This document shows, in pieces, positions 8,047-16,409 of a DNA stretch of 29,997 nucleotides; position 1 is the stretch's first letter; each line of letters opens with the position of its first letter. The notes below the pieces were generated by a model. It did not search any database, was not told where the DNA came from, and was given only the letters and a program-made list of their open reading frames with translations. The translations under genes were made by a program, and so were the position numbers. Source of the stretch: Candidatus Eiseniibacteriota bacterium (GTDB lineage Bacteria > Joyebacterota > Joyebacteria > Joyebacterales > Joyebacteraceae). The DNA is taken from contig JBDRFG010000079.1 of NCBI GenBank assembly GCA_043819135.1, positions 1 through 29,997 of the forward strand. The letters run 5' to 3'.

Positions 8047-8225
8047 GGCTGGCTAGCGTATGCAGCCGACGCCCGCTCCGCCGCCCGGGGCATCAGGGAA
8101 AGGTAGTGGCATCGAGTCGTGCGTCGTCGCTTCGGTTCTGTCACAGCAACTGCAAGGGGGGCGCTTCGCGCCGGCACCCGCCGCGCCAGCCTTTACGCTT
8201 GCGGCTGATACGCGGTCCGTTGGCT
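8047..8225 (+). repeat. attC site 9, degenerate with internal insertion
   Basis: R'' reads GGCTGGC (AAC lost), then TAGCGTATGCAGCCGAC, ~50-55 extra bp, and a right arm ending GTTGGCT (8219-8225). Confidence 0.75.
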
Positions 8226-8246
8226 GGGCGCCTGGAGATTGTGCCA

Positions 8247-8903
8247 GTGAACGAGAGAATGCTACCGGCGGAGTTCGTCGAAACGCTTGATGCGCTGGAA
8301 CGGTCCTATCTGCGGGAGACCGACCCGATTCGCGGGTCCGGGTTCGGTGGAGGGAAGGAGCGCTGGCGGAAGGAGCGGGAGCCGCTCCTCGACGGCGTCG
8401 CGGGCGATGGTGGCATCTTGGACGTGGGTTGCGCGAATGGCTACTTGTTGGCCTGTCTGGTGCAGTGGGGCGGCGAGCGCGGCCTGAGGCTGATACCGCA
8501 CGGGGTTGACAGAAGCGCCGCGCTAGTTGAGCGTGCGAGAGAGCGGCTGCCGGCCTTCGCGGCGAACCTACACGTTGGCGACTCGTGGACGTGGCGCCCG
8601 CCGAGGCAGTATGAGTACGTGTACGCTCTCTACGACTGTGTTCCCTTGGATTACCTGGCCGATTATGTTGTCCGGCTGCTCGACGGATGTGTGGCGGAGG
8701 GCGGTCGGCTGATCGTTGGTGCCTACGGCAGCCGTTCGAGGGGATTGGAGCCGTGCGACATTGCTGGGTTCCTCGAGTCGCAGGGTCATGTGGTATCGGG
8801 GAGGAGCTCAGGAGGCTCGCCGGTGCTGACCCGGTTCGCTTGGGTCGACAAGCTGCCGCGCTCGCTGTCGGGAATGCTCCATGGAAATGGCAGACTGCGA
8901 TGA
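8247..8903 (+). CDS. Class I SAM-dependent methyltransferase
   Basis: ILDVGCANG motif I, HGVD, GGRLIVG. Start is GTG8247 or ATG8259. Confidence 0.8.
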   Translation: MNERMLPAEFVETLDALERSYLRETDPIRGSGFGGGKERWRKEREPLLDGVAGDGGILDVGCANGYLLACLVQWGGERGLRLIPHGVDRSAALVERARERLPAFAANLHVGDSWTWRPPRQYEYVYALYDCVPLDYLADYVVRLLDGCVAEGGRLIVGAYGSRSRGLEPCDIAGFLESQGHVVSGRSSGGSPVLTRFAWVDKLPRSLSGMLHGNGRLR

Positions 8904-9394
8904 TCAACCACCGCGCTCGTAAGTGGCTGCTTCTGCCTGCCGGTGTCTTGGCAGTTGGGCTAGGTATTGCTGGAGCTTTCGTGCCGCTCCTGCCTACTAC
9001 GCCCTTTCTGCTGCTGGCGGCCGCGTGTTTCGCTCGCAGCTCAGACAAGCACTACGAATGGCTCATGAATCACCGATGGCTGGGCGCTCATATCAGGAAC
9101 TACCGGGAACACAAAGCGACCACCAAGAGGGTCAAGGTAGTCACCCTGGCGTTGCTCTGGGGGAGCATCGGCTATGCGGTCATCGTGGTCGCCGACGGCT
9201 GGGCGGTCCGGGCTCTACTGCTATCTGTCGCGGTCGGGGTGACGATACACGTGCTGAGTCTCAGGGTAGTCGCGGGAGACGTGACTCCAGAGGTAGCAGC
9301 AACTGACGACAGACGAGGTGGCCGAGCAGTCTCTGTTTCGGTTGAGAAACCGGGATTCACAGAGCGCTCCGCTGATCGAGGGCAGGCTAACTAG
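8900..9394 (+). CDS. YbaN/DUF454-family inner membrane protein
   Basis: LGIAGAFVPLLPTTPFLLLAAACFARSS signature. ATGA overlap with the upstream gene; stop lies inside attC10. Confidence 0.88.
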   Translation: MINHRARKWLLLPAGVLAVGLGIAGAFVPLLPTTPFLLLAAACFARSSDKHYEWLMNHRWLGAHIRNYREHKATTKRVKVVTLALLWGSIGYAVIVVADGWAVRALLLSVAVGVTIHVLSLRVVAGDVTPEVAATDDRRGGRAVSVSVEKPGFTERSADRGQAN

Positions 9395-9506
9395 CGTACG
9401 CAGTCGACTAGCCTGGGTGTCACGTGGTCTGCAAGGTGGCTGCCTTCGGCAGCAGCACCCCCCGCGCCACCCTTGACGCTCGCGGGTTATGCGCGGTCCG
9501 TTAGCT
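9385..9506 (+). repeat. attC site 10
   Basis: GGCTAAC (9385-9391) TAGCGTACGCAG ... GGGTTATGCGCGGTCC GTTAGCT (9500-9506). Confidence 0.88.
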
Positions 9507-9525
9507 GGCATTCGCAGGAGGACGC

Positions 9526-10263
9526 TTGAGCGATCGGGAGCGGACGCGGCCGGTGGCCCTGGAGGCCTACGACTCGATGGCGGAGGCTTACGCGGCGGAG
9601 ATCGAGGAGAACCCTCGCAGCATCTACTACGAGCGTCCGGCGATGCTGGGTTTGCTTCCGGATGTTTCCGGTCGACGCATTCTGGATGCCGGGTGCGGCC
9701 CGGGAGTGGCAATGGGCTGGCTTATCGCCAGAGGAGCGGACGTCGTCGGGGTCGACGTGAGTGGCAACATGCTCAGGCTCGCGCGGCAGCGTTTGGGCGA
9801 CGTAGCCGTTCTGCATGAGGCCGATCTCGAACGGCCGATGCCGTTTCTGGCGGATTCGTCGTTCGACGTAGTCCTCAGCTCCGGGACACTCGGTTACGTT
9901 CGCGACTGGTTGGCGTTGTTCCAGGAGTTCTCTCGAGTCCTGAGGAGCTCGGGTTGCGTGGTATTCTCAGTCGGTCATCCCTGTTCGGACTACACGCTCA
10001 ATGACACGGATGATTACTTCTCGACCGAGTTGCGTGACTACACGTGGCGTGGGTTCGGTGCTCCCATTGTGGTGCCGTGCTATCGGCGGCCTTTCTCGCA
10101 CATGATAGACCCGATAGTCCGTGCCGGTTTTTCAATCGAGCGGATGGTCGAGCCAGTTCCGACCCAGGAGTTCGCGGAGGTCAAACCAGAGGAGTATGCC
10201 CAGCTGATCAGGCGGCCGCGGGTGCTGTGCGTTCGGGCGCGGAAATCGGCGAATACCACCTGA
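9526..10263 (+). CDS. Class I SAM-dependent methyltransferase
   Basis: AGGAGG-TTG9526; YERPA; ILDAGCGPG; VVGVDVS; FDVVLSS; FSVGHP. Confidence 0.9.
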   Translation: MSDRERTRPVALEAYDSMAEAYAAEIEENPRSIYYERPAMLGLLPDVSGRRILDAGCGPGVAMGWLIARGADVVGVDVSGNMLRLARQRLGDVAVLHEADLERPMPFLADSSFDVVLSSGTLGYVRDWLALFQEFSRVLRSSGCVVFSVGHPCSDYTLNDTDDYFSTELRDYTWRGFGAPIVVPCYRRPFSHMIDPIVRAGFSIERMVEPVPTQEFAEVKPEEYAQLIRRPRVLCVRARKSANTT

Positions 10264-10300
10264 CATCCTCTAAGCCGTTGCCAGTCCTTTCTTGCGGTTC

Positions 10301-10358
10301 CAGCCAACGGGCTTGGGTGTCACGGGGTCTGCGAGGGGGCCGCCTTCGGCAGCAGCAC
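10301..10358 (+). repeat. attC site 11, central remnant
   Basis: GCTTGGGTGTCACGGGGTCTGCGAGGGGGCCGCCTTCGGCAGCAGCAC matches the middle of attC10; both R boxes are missing. Confidence 0.75.
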
Positions 10359-10388
10359 AATCAACGCGACACGAACCCAAGGGGGATC

Positions 10389-10835
10389 ATGTCTGGCAAG
10401 ACGAAGGTGGGGATCATCATCTGTGATCGGTATCACCGGTGTGCGGGAGGGAAGTGCCTTCGGGCTCTGAGGAACAGGGAAGGTGCCTTCAGCATCTACA
10501 AGGACGCGGACGTTGAGCTGGTCGGCTTCACCACATGCGACGGATGCCCCGGCGGGAACGTTGAGTACGCTGGTGAGGAGATGGTGGGGAACGGCGCGGA
10601 GGTGATTCACCTGGCGACCGGACTTGTGGTGGGATACCCGCCTTGTCCGAACATCGGCGCGTTCAAGACCTTTCTGGAAGCGCGCAATGGCGTGAAGGTC
10701 GTCGTGGGGACTCATCCGATCCCTCAGAAGTACCTGGAGATGCACCGTGCGCTGGGGACCTGGGACGACACGTCCTGGGAGTCGATTCTCGAGCCAACCA
10801 TGGCCGACGAGGCGACGCGCATCACCTACGACTAG
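10389..10835 (+). CDS. CGGC-domain (metal/Fe-S-binding) protein
   Basis: KVGIIIC...CAGGKC, ELVGFTTCDGCPG, IHLATG, PPCP, VVVGTH. Confidence 0.88.
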   Translation: MSGKTKVGIIICDRYHRCAGGKCLRALRNREGAFSIYKDADVELVGFTTCDGCPGGNVEYAGEEMVGNGAEVIHLATGLVVGYPPCPNIGAFKTFLEARNGVKVVVGTHPIPQKYLEMHRALGTWDDTSWESILEPTMADEATRITYD

Positions 10836-10841
10836 CTGAAT

Positions 10842-10905
10842 CCACAACAGGGCGAACGTGGCGGCTGGCTGGCGCCGCACACGGCTGATGTGCGGTTCGC
10901 CAGGG
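10842..10905 (+). repeat. Highly degenerate attC site 12
   Basis: CGGCTGATGTGCGGTTCGCCAGG (10882-10904) versus the family CGGCTGATACGCGGTCCGTTAGG; CCACAAC at 10842 is a possible R''. Confidence 0.5.
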
Positions 10906-10996
10906 TGCGCCTCACGGGGAGGACGTGTGGAGCGCAAGCGCGACGCATACGAAGCGGCTACCGATGAGAGATCGCGCCGGTCCGTCGGGGAAACGG

Positions 10997-11419
10997 ATGA
11001 ACAGGAGCGACAGGTACAGGGGGTGTCTACTTGGACTCGCCGCAGGCGATGCCCTTGGGGCGCCGGTGGAAGGGGCTCCGCGCGGGAGCTTCGCGCCTCT
11101 CACTGACATGGTGGGAGAGGGGCCCGACGGCCTGCCGCGCGGTACGTGGACGGACGACACGAGTCTTGCGCTCTGCCTTGGCGAGAGCCTGGTCGAACCG
11201 GGTGGTTTCGATCCCGCGGATCAGATGCGCAGGTACCTTCGGTGGCTGGATGACGGCTACATGAGCTGCGCGTCCGCAGGATTCGTGGCCCTCTACTACT
11301 TCCGGAATCGTGAGCTGATCCAGGAGTACAGCGCTGAGAGCTCGCGTACCACCCATGGAGCGGAGGAGTGCCTGGACGCTTGCCGCCTCATGGGCGCCGT
11401 CCACACCACGGAGGGTTGA
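10997..11419 (+). pseudogene. ADP-ribosylglycohydrolase (DraG/ARH family), internally deleted and truncated
   Basis: GCLLGLAAGDALGAPVE, WTDDT and SSRTTH are present. The GNG-x2-MR segment and the C-terminal GGDxDT region are absent; only ~140 aa. Confidence 0.8.
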
Positions 11420-11426
11420 GTTCACC

Positions 11427-11894
11427 GTGACACGAGAGAAGCGATCAGTCGCGTTCTGGGTCGTCAGCGTGTTCCTTGTCCTGGCTGTAGCCGTGCTGCT
11501 GCTCGGGCAGACAAGTGCGCTCGTCGCCTATGACTTCGCAGTGGCGCTGGGACTGCAGGAGTCGGTAGACGATGTAGGCCCGTTCGGAGTTGAGGTCAAT
11601 CGTGCGTTCGGGGCGAGCGACACGTTCGTCTACATACCGCTGATGGTGGCCGCGCTTATCGGTCTGGTCCGACGGCGTCGTTGGGCCCTGCCGATGGCCG
11701 CGGCCGCCATGGGTATCTCTGTCTACTGGGCGGTCACGATCGCAGCAATGAAGCTGTTTCTGGGTGGAGTGCCCGGCTACAGCCTGGTTCCGGGTCCTGA
11801 TTACTGGGTATTCCTTGGGATCTTCATAGTCATCGGCACGTGGGGGGTGTTCTACATCGCGGTCCGAGGCGACAGGCTTATGGGCGGCGCCTAG
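11427..11894 (+). CDS. 4-TM membrane hypothetical protein
   Basis: Four hydrophobic helices; GLQE motif; GTG11427. Confidence 0.7.
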   Translation: MTREKRSVAFWVVSVFLVLAVAVLLLGQTSALVAYDFAVALGLQESVDDVGPFGVEVNRAFGASDTFVYIPLMVAALIGLVRRRRWALPMAAAAMGISVYWAVTIAAMKLFLGGVPGYSLVPGPDYWVFLGIFIVIGTWGVFYIAVRGDRLMGGA

Positions 11895-11936
11895 CAGAGT
11901 GTTTGCCGCCCCGGTTCCGCGGCGCCAGGCGAGGAG

Positions 11937-12497
11937 ATGCACCACGTGAGACAGAGGAAGCCCACGGTAGAGGAGGTCAAGGCCGCCCTCGGCAAGCACC
12001 TTCCCGACATACTCGCGCCGGATCTTGACGTCCTCTTCTGCGGTACCAATCCGGGGTTGTACTCCGCCGCCGTGGGCTGCCACTTCGCGCGGCCCGGGAA
12101 CCGTTTCTGGGCCGCGCTGCACGCTTCGGGATTCACGAAGGACCTTCTGGAGCCGCACGAGCAGGACGAGATGTTGCGATACGGGTGCGGTCTGACGAAT
12201 CTGGTGGAGCGTGCGACGTCCGTAGAGGCCGCGCTTTCCACCGAGGAGTTGCGCAAGGGCCGTGAGTCGCTGGAACTGAAGATCCGGCGGTACGGTCCGG
12301 CCTGGGTGGCAGTTCTGGGGATAGGGGCGTACCGTAAGGCGTTCCGTTGCTCCAAGGCTGAACTCGGTTCTCAGCAGGAGGAGCTGGCCGGGGCCCGGCT
12401 GTGGGTTCTTCCCAATCCGAGTGGTCTGAACGCGCAATACCAGCCGCCGCTCCTGGCGGAACTCTTCGGGGAGCTTCGCGAGGTCGCTCGGAGATAA
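11937..12497 (+). CDS. mug: G/U mismatch-specific DNA glycosylase
   Basis: LPDILAPDLDVLFCGTNPG, HFARPGNRFW, GLTNLV, LPNPSGLNA. Confidence 0.93.
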   Translation: MHHVRQRKPTVEEVKAALGKHLPDILAPDLDVLFCGTNPGLYSAAVGCHFARPGNRFWAALHASGFTKDLLEPHEQDEMLRYGCGLTNLVERATSVEAALSTEELRKGRESLELKIRRYGPAWVAVLGIGAYRKAFRCSKAELGSQQEELAGARLWVLPNPSGLNAQYQPPLLAELFGELREVARR

Positions 12498-12563
12498 GGG
12501 GAACCGGCCGGTCGCGGTCACAGGACCTGAGGCCCGGCCAAGGGAATTGGGAGGAAGCGTCGC

Positions 12564-12750
12564 ATGGATCCAGGCTATTCCGACTTCTGGGTGGATGTTG
12601 CGGTGGCCGGCTTGTGCGGGACCTTGATCGGCGTGGAACGCCAGCCGCGTGGGCAAGCCTGCCGGCATCCGCACGAGCATCCTCATCTGTCTCGGTACTA
12701 TGGTCTTCGTGCGTCTGGGTGCGGAAGGGCCTGGTTCTGACGCGGGGTAG
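12564..12750 (+). pseudogene. MgtC/SapB-family fragment (frameshifted, truncated; absent from ORF track)
   Basis: MDPGYSDFWVDVAVAGLCGTLIGVERQPR, then after a +1 G at 12651-12653 GKPAGIRTSILICLGTMVF, the MgtC N-terminal signature. Confidence 0.8.
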
Positions 12751-12819
12751 ACCGCACTGCCATTCAGCTGCATCGACCGGAAGGAGTTCCTGCATGGGAT
12801 TGGCGCTGGAGCGGACCCC

Positions 12820-13308
12820 ATGACGAGCGACCTCTCATTGCGGCGCGTCGCCGAAGATGACCTGCCGGTCTTCTTTGAGAATCAACTGGGCCCCGAAGCC
12901 AACCACATGGCCGCCTTCACGTCCAAGAACCCCGCGGACCGTGAGGCCTTCGACGCCCACTGGAGCAGGATCCTCAGCGACGAAACGGTCATCATCAGGA
13001 CCATCGTGCTCGAGGGGCAGGTGGCAGGCAGCGTCCTGAGCTACGAGGAGTGCGGCAAGCCCGAGGTCAGCTACTGGATCGGTAGGGCATACTGGGGCTA
13101 GGGCGTCGCCACCCGTGCACTCGCGGACTTCCTCGCGCACGCGAACGCGACGCGTCCCATCTACGCCCGCGTCGCGAAGGATAACGTCGGTTCGATTCGC
13201 GTTCTGGAGAAGTGCGGATTCACGACCATAGACGAGGTGAAGGGATTCGCCAACGCCCGCGGCGAGGAAATTGCGGAGCTGGTTCTGGAACTGAGAGCCG
13301 GAGGATAG
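12820..13308 (+). pseudogene. RimJ/RimL-type GNAT acetyltransferase with one in-frame TAG
   Basis: EVSYWIGRAYWG*GVATRAL...ARVAKDNVGSIRVLEKCGF continues in frame past TAG 13099-13101 to TAG 13308. Confidence 0.85.
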
Positions 13309-13399
13309 ACGATACCCGCCGCAGGTGTGAGCAGGCGGCCGGTGAGCAGCTCGTCAGGCCCGACCCGGCGAGGCCGGACCACAGAAGAGAGGAGCCAGC

Positions 13400-13663
13400 A
13401 TGGAAATGCTCATCGGACTTGGTGTTGTCTGCGTGATCTGGGCAGTGGTGGCGGCAATTCTCATCGCAGCCGATCTTCACAAGAGAGGCGTCAAGGTCAG
13501 CTTCGTCTGGCTCAGGCTGATGATCCTCAAATACCTGCATGAGTACTCGAAGGTCACGCGGGAGGAGACTGGTCGAGTGGGACCGCTCTTCTACCACTAC
13601 GTGGTCCCGTTGAACGTAGCGCTGGTCATAGTGGTCGTGCTGGCGATTGTGTCGTGGACGTAG
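13400..13663 (+). CDS. Small membrane hypothetical protein
   Basis: GAGGAG RBS; hydrophobic N- and C-terminal helices. Confidence 0.7.
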   Translation: MEMLIGLGVVCVIWAVVAAILIAADLHKRGVKVSFVWLRLMILKYLHEYSKVTREETGRVGPLFYHYVVPLNVALVIVVVLAIVSWT

Positions 13664-13684
13664 TCCGACTGCTCGCGAGGGAAC

Positions 13685-14419
13685 ATGATGTGCGGCGGAT
13701 TCTACAACGTCTACAACGATGACAGGCGAGCCGACGCCTATGCCAAGCTCGAGTTTCCCGGTACCTACTATCTCGCGTTTCGTGACCTGCCGGCGGTCTT
13801 CGCTGAGCACGTCACGGGCAGACGAGCGCTCGATTTCGGCTGCGGCACGGGGCGTTCGAGTCGATTCCTGCGCGATCACGGATTTGAGGTGATCGGAGTC
13901 GATATCTCGCGTCCCATGCTGAACAAGGCACGGGAGCTTGATCCCGACGGCGACTATCGTCACGTGTCCGACGCTGATCTCTCGAGCATCGACGGGCGTG
14001 CGTTCGATCTCATCCTGTCTGCTTTCACCTTCGACAACATCGCGACATTGGGGGAGAGGCAATCTGCCCTCTTGTCTCTCAAGGGACTGCTTCGTGAACG
14101 CGGACGCATCGTGAGCGTTGTGTCGTCGCCCGAGATCTACGTCAACGAGTGGGCCTCCTTCAGCACAAAAGACTACCCGCAGAACCACGAGGCGAGAAGT
14201 GGTGACGTGGTTTCGATAGTGATGCTCGACGTGACCGACCGGCGTCCCATGGAGGCTGTCGTCTGTACGGACGAGGACTATCAGACGATGTTCCGCAGCA
14301 CCGGTCTTGTCGAGCTTCAGGCGCTTCGCCCGCTTGCCTCGGGGAACGAGTCCATAGAGTGGAAGAGCGAGACGGAGATCGCGCCCTGGGTGGTCCATGT
14401 GCTGGGAGCCGTCGCGTGA
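13685..14419 (+). CDS. Class I SAM-dependent methyltransferase
   Basis: ALDFGCGTGRS, IGVDIS, FDLIL motifs. Confidence 0.88.
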   Translation: MMCGGFYNVYNDDRRADAYAKLEFPGTYYLAFRDLPAVFAEHVTGRRALDFGCGTGRSSRFLRDHGFEVIGVDISRPMLNKARELDPDGDYRHVSDADLSSIDGRAFDLILSAFTFDNIATLGERQSALLSLKGLLRERGRIVSVVSSPEIYVNEWASFSTKDYPQNHEARSGDVVSIVMLDVTDRRPMEAVVCTDEDYQTMFRSTGLVELQALRPLASGNESIEWKSETEIAPWVVHVLGAVA

Positions 14420-14465
14420 ACGGGCGCGACGGCTCGGGAACGCGGCAGTCATGAGGAGGTTGGGA

Positions 14466-14792
14466 ATGACCTATCGCGCTCGTAGGTTGCGGTGTGTTAT
14501 CTGTGGATTGGCCGTCCTGATGTTGCTGTGCTCGTGCGCTTCAGTCGGGCGCAAGTTCCCTGTGTCTCCGGTGTCTGAGATACTCATCGGAGAAACGACG
14601 GACGCGGAGATTCGCGAGATGTTCGGGGAGCCGTGGCGCGTGGGTGTCGAAGACGGGCGGCGGACCTGGACGTACGGCGACTATCGGTACCGGTTGATAG
14701 GCGAGCCCAGCACCACCGACCTGGTGGTCCGGTTCGATGAGAAGAGCGTGGTCGTGTCGTACTCCTTCAGTACCACCGAGCACGAGGAGTGA
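14466..14792 (+). CDS. SmpA/OmlA (BamE-domain) lipoprotein
   Basis: GAGGAGG RBS; lipobox-like LLCSC; IGETT..EIREMFGEP, WTY, LVVRFD pattern. Confidence 0.75.
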   Translation: MTYRARRLRCVICGLAVLMLLCSCASVGRKFPVSPVSEILIGETTDAEIREMFGEPWRVGVEDGRRTWTYGDYRYRLIGEPSTTDLVVRFDEKSVVVSYSFSTTEHEE

Positions 14793-15181
14793 GTAGGAGA
14801 GTTCCTCTCGCCGGCACTTCGATGGATCCGTTGTTTCCTCGTGCGGAGACGTAGTCAAGTTCCGGGGCCACGCGCTCGCTCTTCACGGTGCGACGAACGA
14901 GTATCACAGGCGAGCGGAGAAGAGACTGCGCGTGTTCTCGTTGTCTGACGTATCGAACATCATCAACGTTCTTCCTGAGGAAGTGAGACTCGACCGGTTG
15001 ACATATCAGTTCGTATCGGGGAAGCTCGTGATGGCAGACGGGACCGGCTTCCGGTTAGAACTGACTGAGTTCGGTTTGGAATTCTGAGGGCACTCCGGTA
15101 ATCCGCTGGGGCGGCAAGGCTGAAGACCGGCCCCGTCTGACGGGCCACCGGCCGCGTGCAGGGGCGAGCACGGAGGAACAG

Positions 15182-15754
15182 ATGGGGGCGAAAATCCTGG
15201 TGGCGTACGCATCCTGGGCGGGGACGACAGCGGATGTTGCGGCAGCCATCGCAAGCCGGCTGGGCGACGACGGAACCGCGGACGTCCGACCTGCCGGTGA
15301 AGTTGCCGACTTGAGTTCCTACAGCGGCGTGGTGTTGGGTGCGGCGATTCGTGCCGGACGTCCGCACCGCGACGCCCGGGCGTTCGTTGCGCGGCATTGT
15401 TCGCGACTTGCGCAGCTTCCCGTCGCGTGCTTCGTTGTCTGTCTGACCATGAAGGACGACACCCCCGAGAACCGTCAGAAGGCCAGGTCGTTCATTGACC
15501 CCGTGCTCAATGCGTGTCCGGACATGCATCCCGTGGACGTCGGTCTGTTTGCGGGCGCCGTGCCAGCCGGGCGAGAGGCCTTGGCGAAGCTGCCCATCAT
15601 GCAGAGGATCATACTCGGTGCAATGAAGTCGACCGCCGGGGATTTTCGTGACTGGCCGACCATCGATGCCTGGGCGGACGGGCTGCGTGGTCGCCTGGTC
15701 GGTGATCAGGCGTCGGGTGTCCCGTCCGTTTTTCGACGACGTCACTTCGAGTGA
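15182..15754 (+). CDS. Flavodoxin-domain protein (HemG/Flavodoxin_5-like)
   Basis: ILVAYASWAGTTADVA FMN loop, VVLGAAI, FAGA, GDFRDW. Confidence 0.85.
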   Translation: MGAKILVAYASWAGTTADVAAAIASRLGDDGTADVRPAGEVADLSSYSGVVLGAAIRAGRPHRDARAFVARHCSRLAQLPVACFVVCLTMKDDTPENRQKARSFIDPVLNACPDMHPVDVGLFAGAVPAGREALAKLPIMQRIILGAMKSTAGDFRDWPTIDAWADGLRGRLVGDQASGVPSVFRRRHFE

Positions 15755-15775
15755 CCCTCAAGCGATAGGAGTGAC

Positions 15776-16156
15776 ATGCCACTCACACGATCAGCAGCCG
15801 TCGTTCGCTGGCTCGCGCGCGTCTGCGGGACGGCTCTGTTCTACCTACAGTTTCGGCAGGGCATCTACGAAGTGAACAGGTTGATCGTACAGAAGTGGGC
15901 ATACGGTGAGCGCATCTTCAGCGCCGCGTTTCTTGCGATGCTGGTCGGTCTCCTTGTCGGCTGGTGGAACCACCGGTTCGCCGCGGCGCTTCTGATATCC
16001 GGCTACATCCTTACGGCCGGAGTGCCGTTCGTCAGCAGGTTCCCTCGTCCGATGATCGGTCCGGACGCCCAGGGCATCGCCGTCGCCCTGCTGCCCTTCC
16101 TCGTGGTGGGCCTGGCCTACGCCTACTCGGGCAGGAGATGGTCCACCCTTATCTAG
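15776..16156 (+). CDS. Membrane hypothetical protein
   Basis: AGGAG RBS; 3-4 hydrophobic segments. Confidence 0.65.
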   Translation: MPLTRSAAVVRWLARVCGTALFYLQFRQGIYEVNRLIVQKWAYGERIFSAAFLAMLVGLLVGWWNHRFAAALLISGYILTAGVPFVSRFPRPMIGPDAQGIAVALLPFLVVGLAYAYSGRRWSTLI

Positions 16157-16174
16157 GCGGCCTCGAGGTGTGAT

Positions 16175-16394
16175 ATGAGACGACTGATAGCGATCCTCGT
16201 CCTTCTGCTCATGCTGCCGATGCTTTCAGGGCTGCAGCCTGAGGAATCCCACCTGGGCGGACTCGGTCAACCCTTGTTGCGGCCAGGACCTCGTACTCCG
16301 TGGTATCGATCCGCCGGATGAGATTGAGGGGAGCGAGCGGGAAGCGGCGCAGGGCGACAGCGGCGGGACATCGGCGCCGGGGGTGCCGGAGTAG
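16175..16394 (+). pseudogene. Small lipoprotein, apparently frameshifted at the lipobox
   Basis: GAGGTG-ATG16175, MRRLIAILVLLLMLPMLSG. Removing one G at 16229-16231 gives LSG-C and a 72-aa ORF ending at TAG 16394. Confidence 0.55.
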
Positions 16395-16409
16395 GGGGAA
16401 GCTGACTCA

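Larger units (their letters stand above)
149..10905 (+). mobile_element. Integron gene-cassette array (attC cluster; integrase not in window)
   Basis: Repeated ~105-130 bp imperfect palindromes bounded by R'' (e.g. GCCTAAC) and R' (e.g. GTTAGGC) boxes separate co-oriented ORFs. In the intact cassettes the core and inverse-core boxes are complementary. Confidence 0.93.

Noticed and set aside
149..10905. Repeats as a CRISPR array or REP/BIME elements
   Set aside because: Units are over 100 bp, separated by whole genes, all in one orientation, and carry attC R/L boxes.
11885..11932. GCGCCTAGC...GCCAGGCG as another attC remnant
   Set aside because: Too short and degenerate; lacks the family's L boxes.
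13099..13101. Genome-wide TAG reassignment
   Set aside because: TAG ends rsgA, rmuC, the permease and the glutaredoxin at their expected C-termini.
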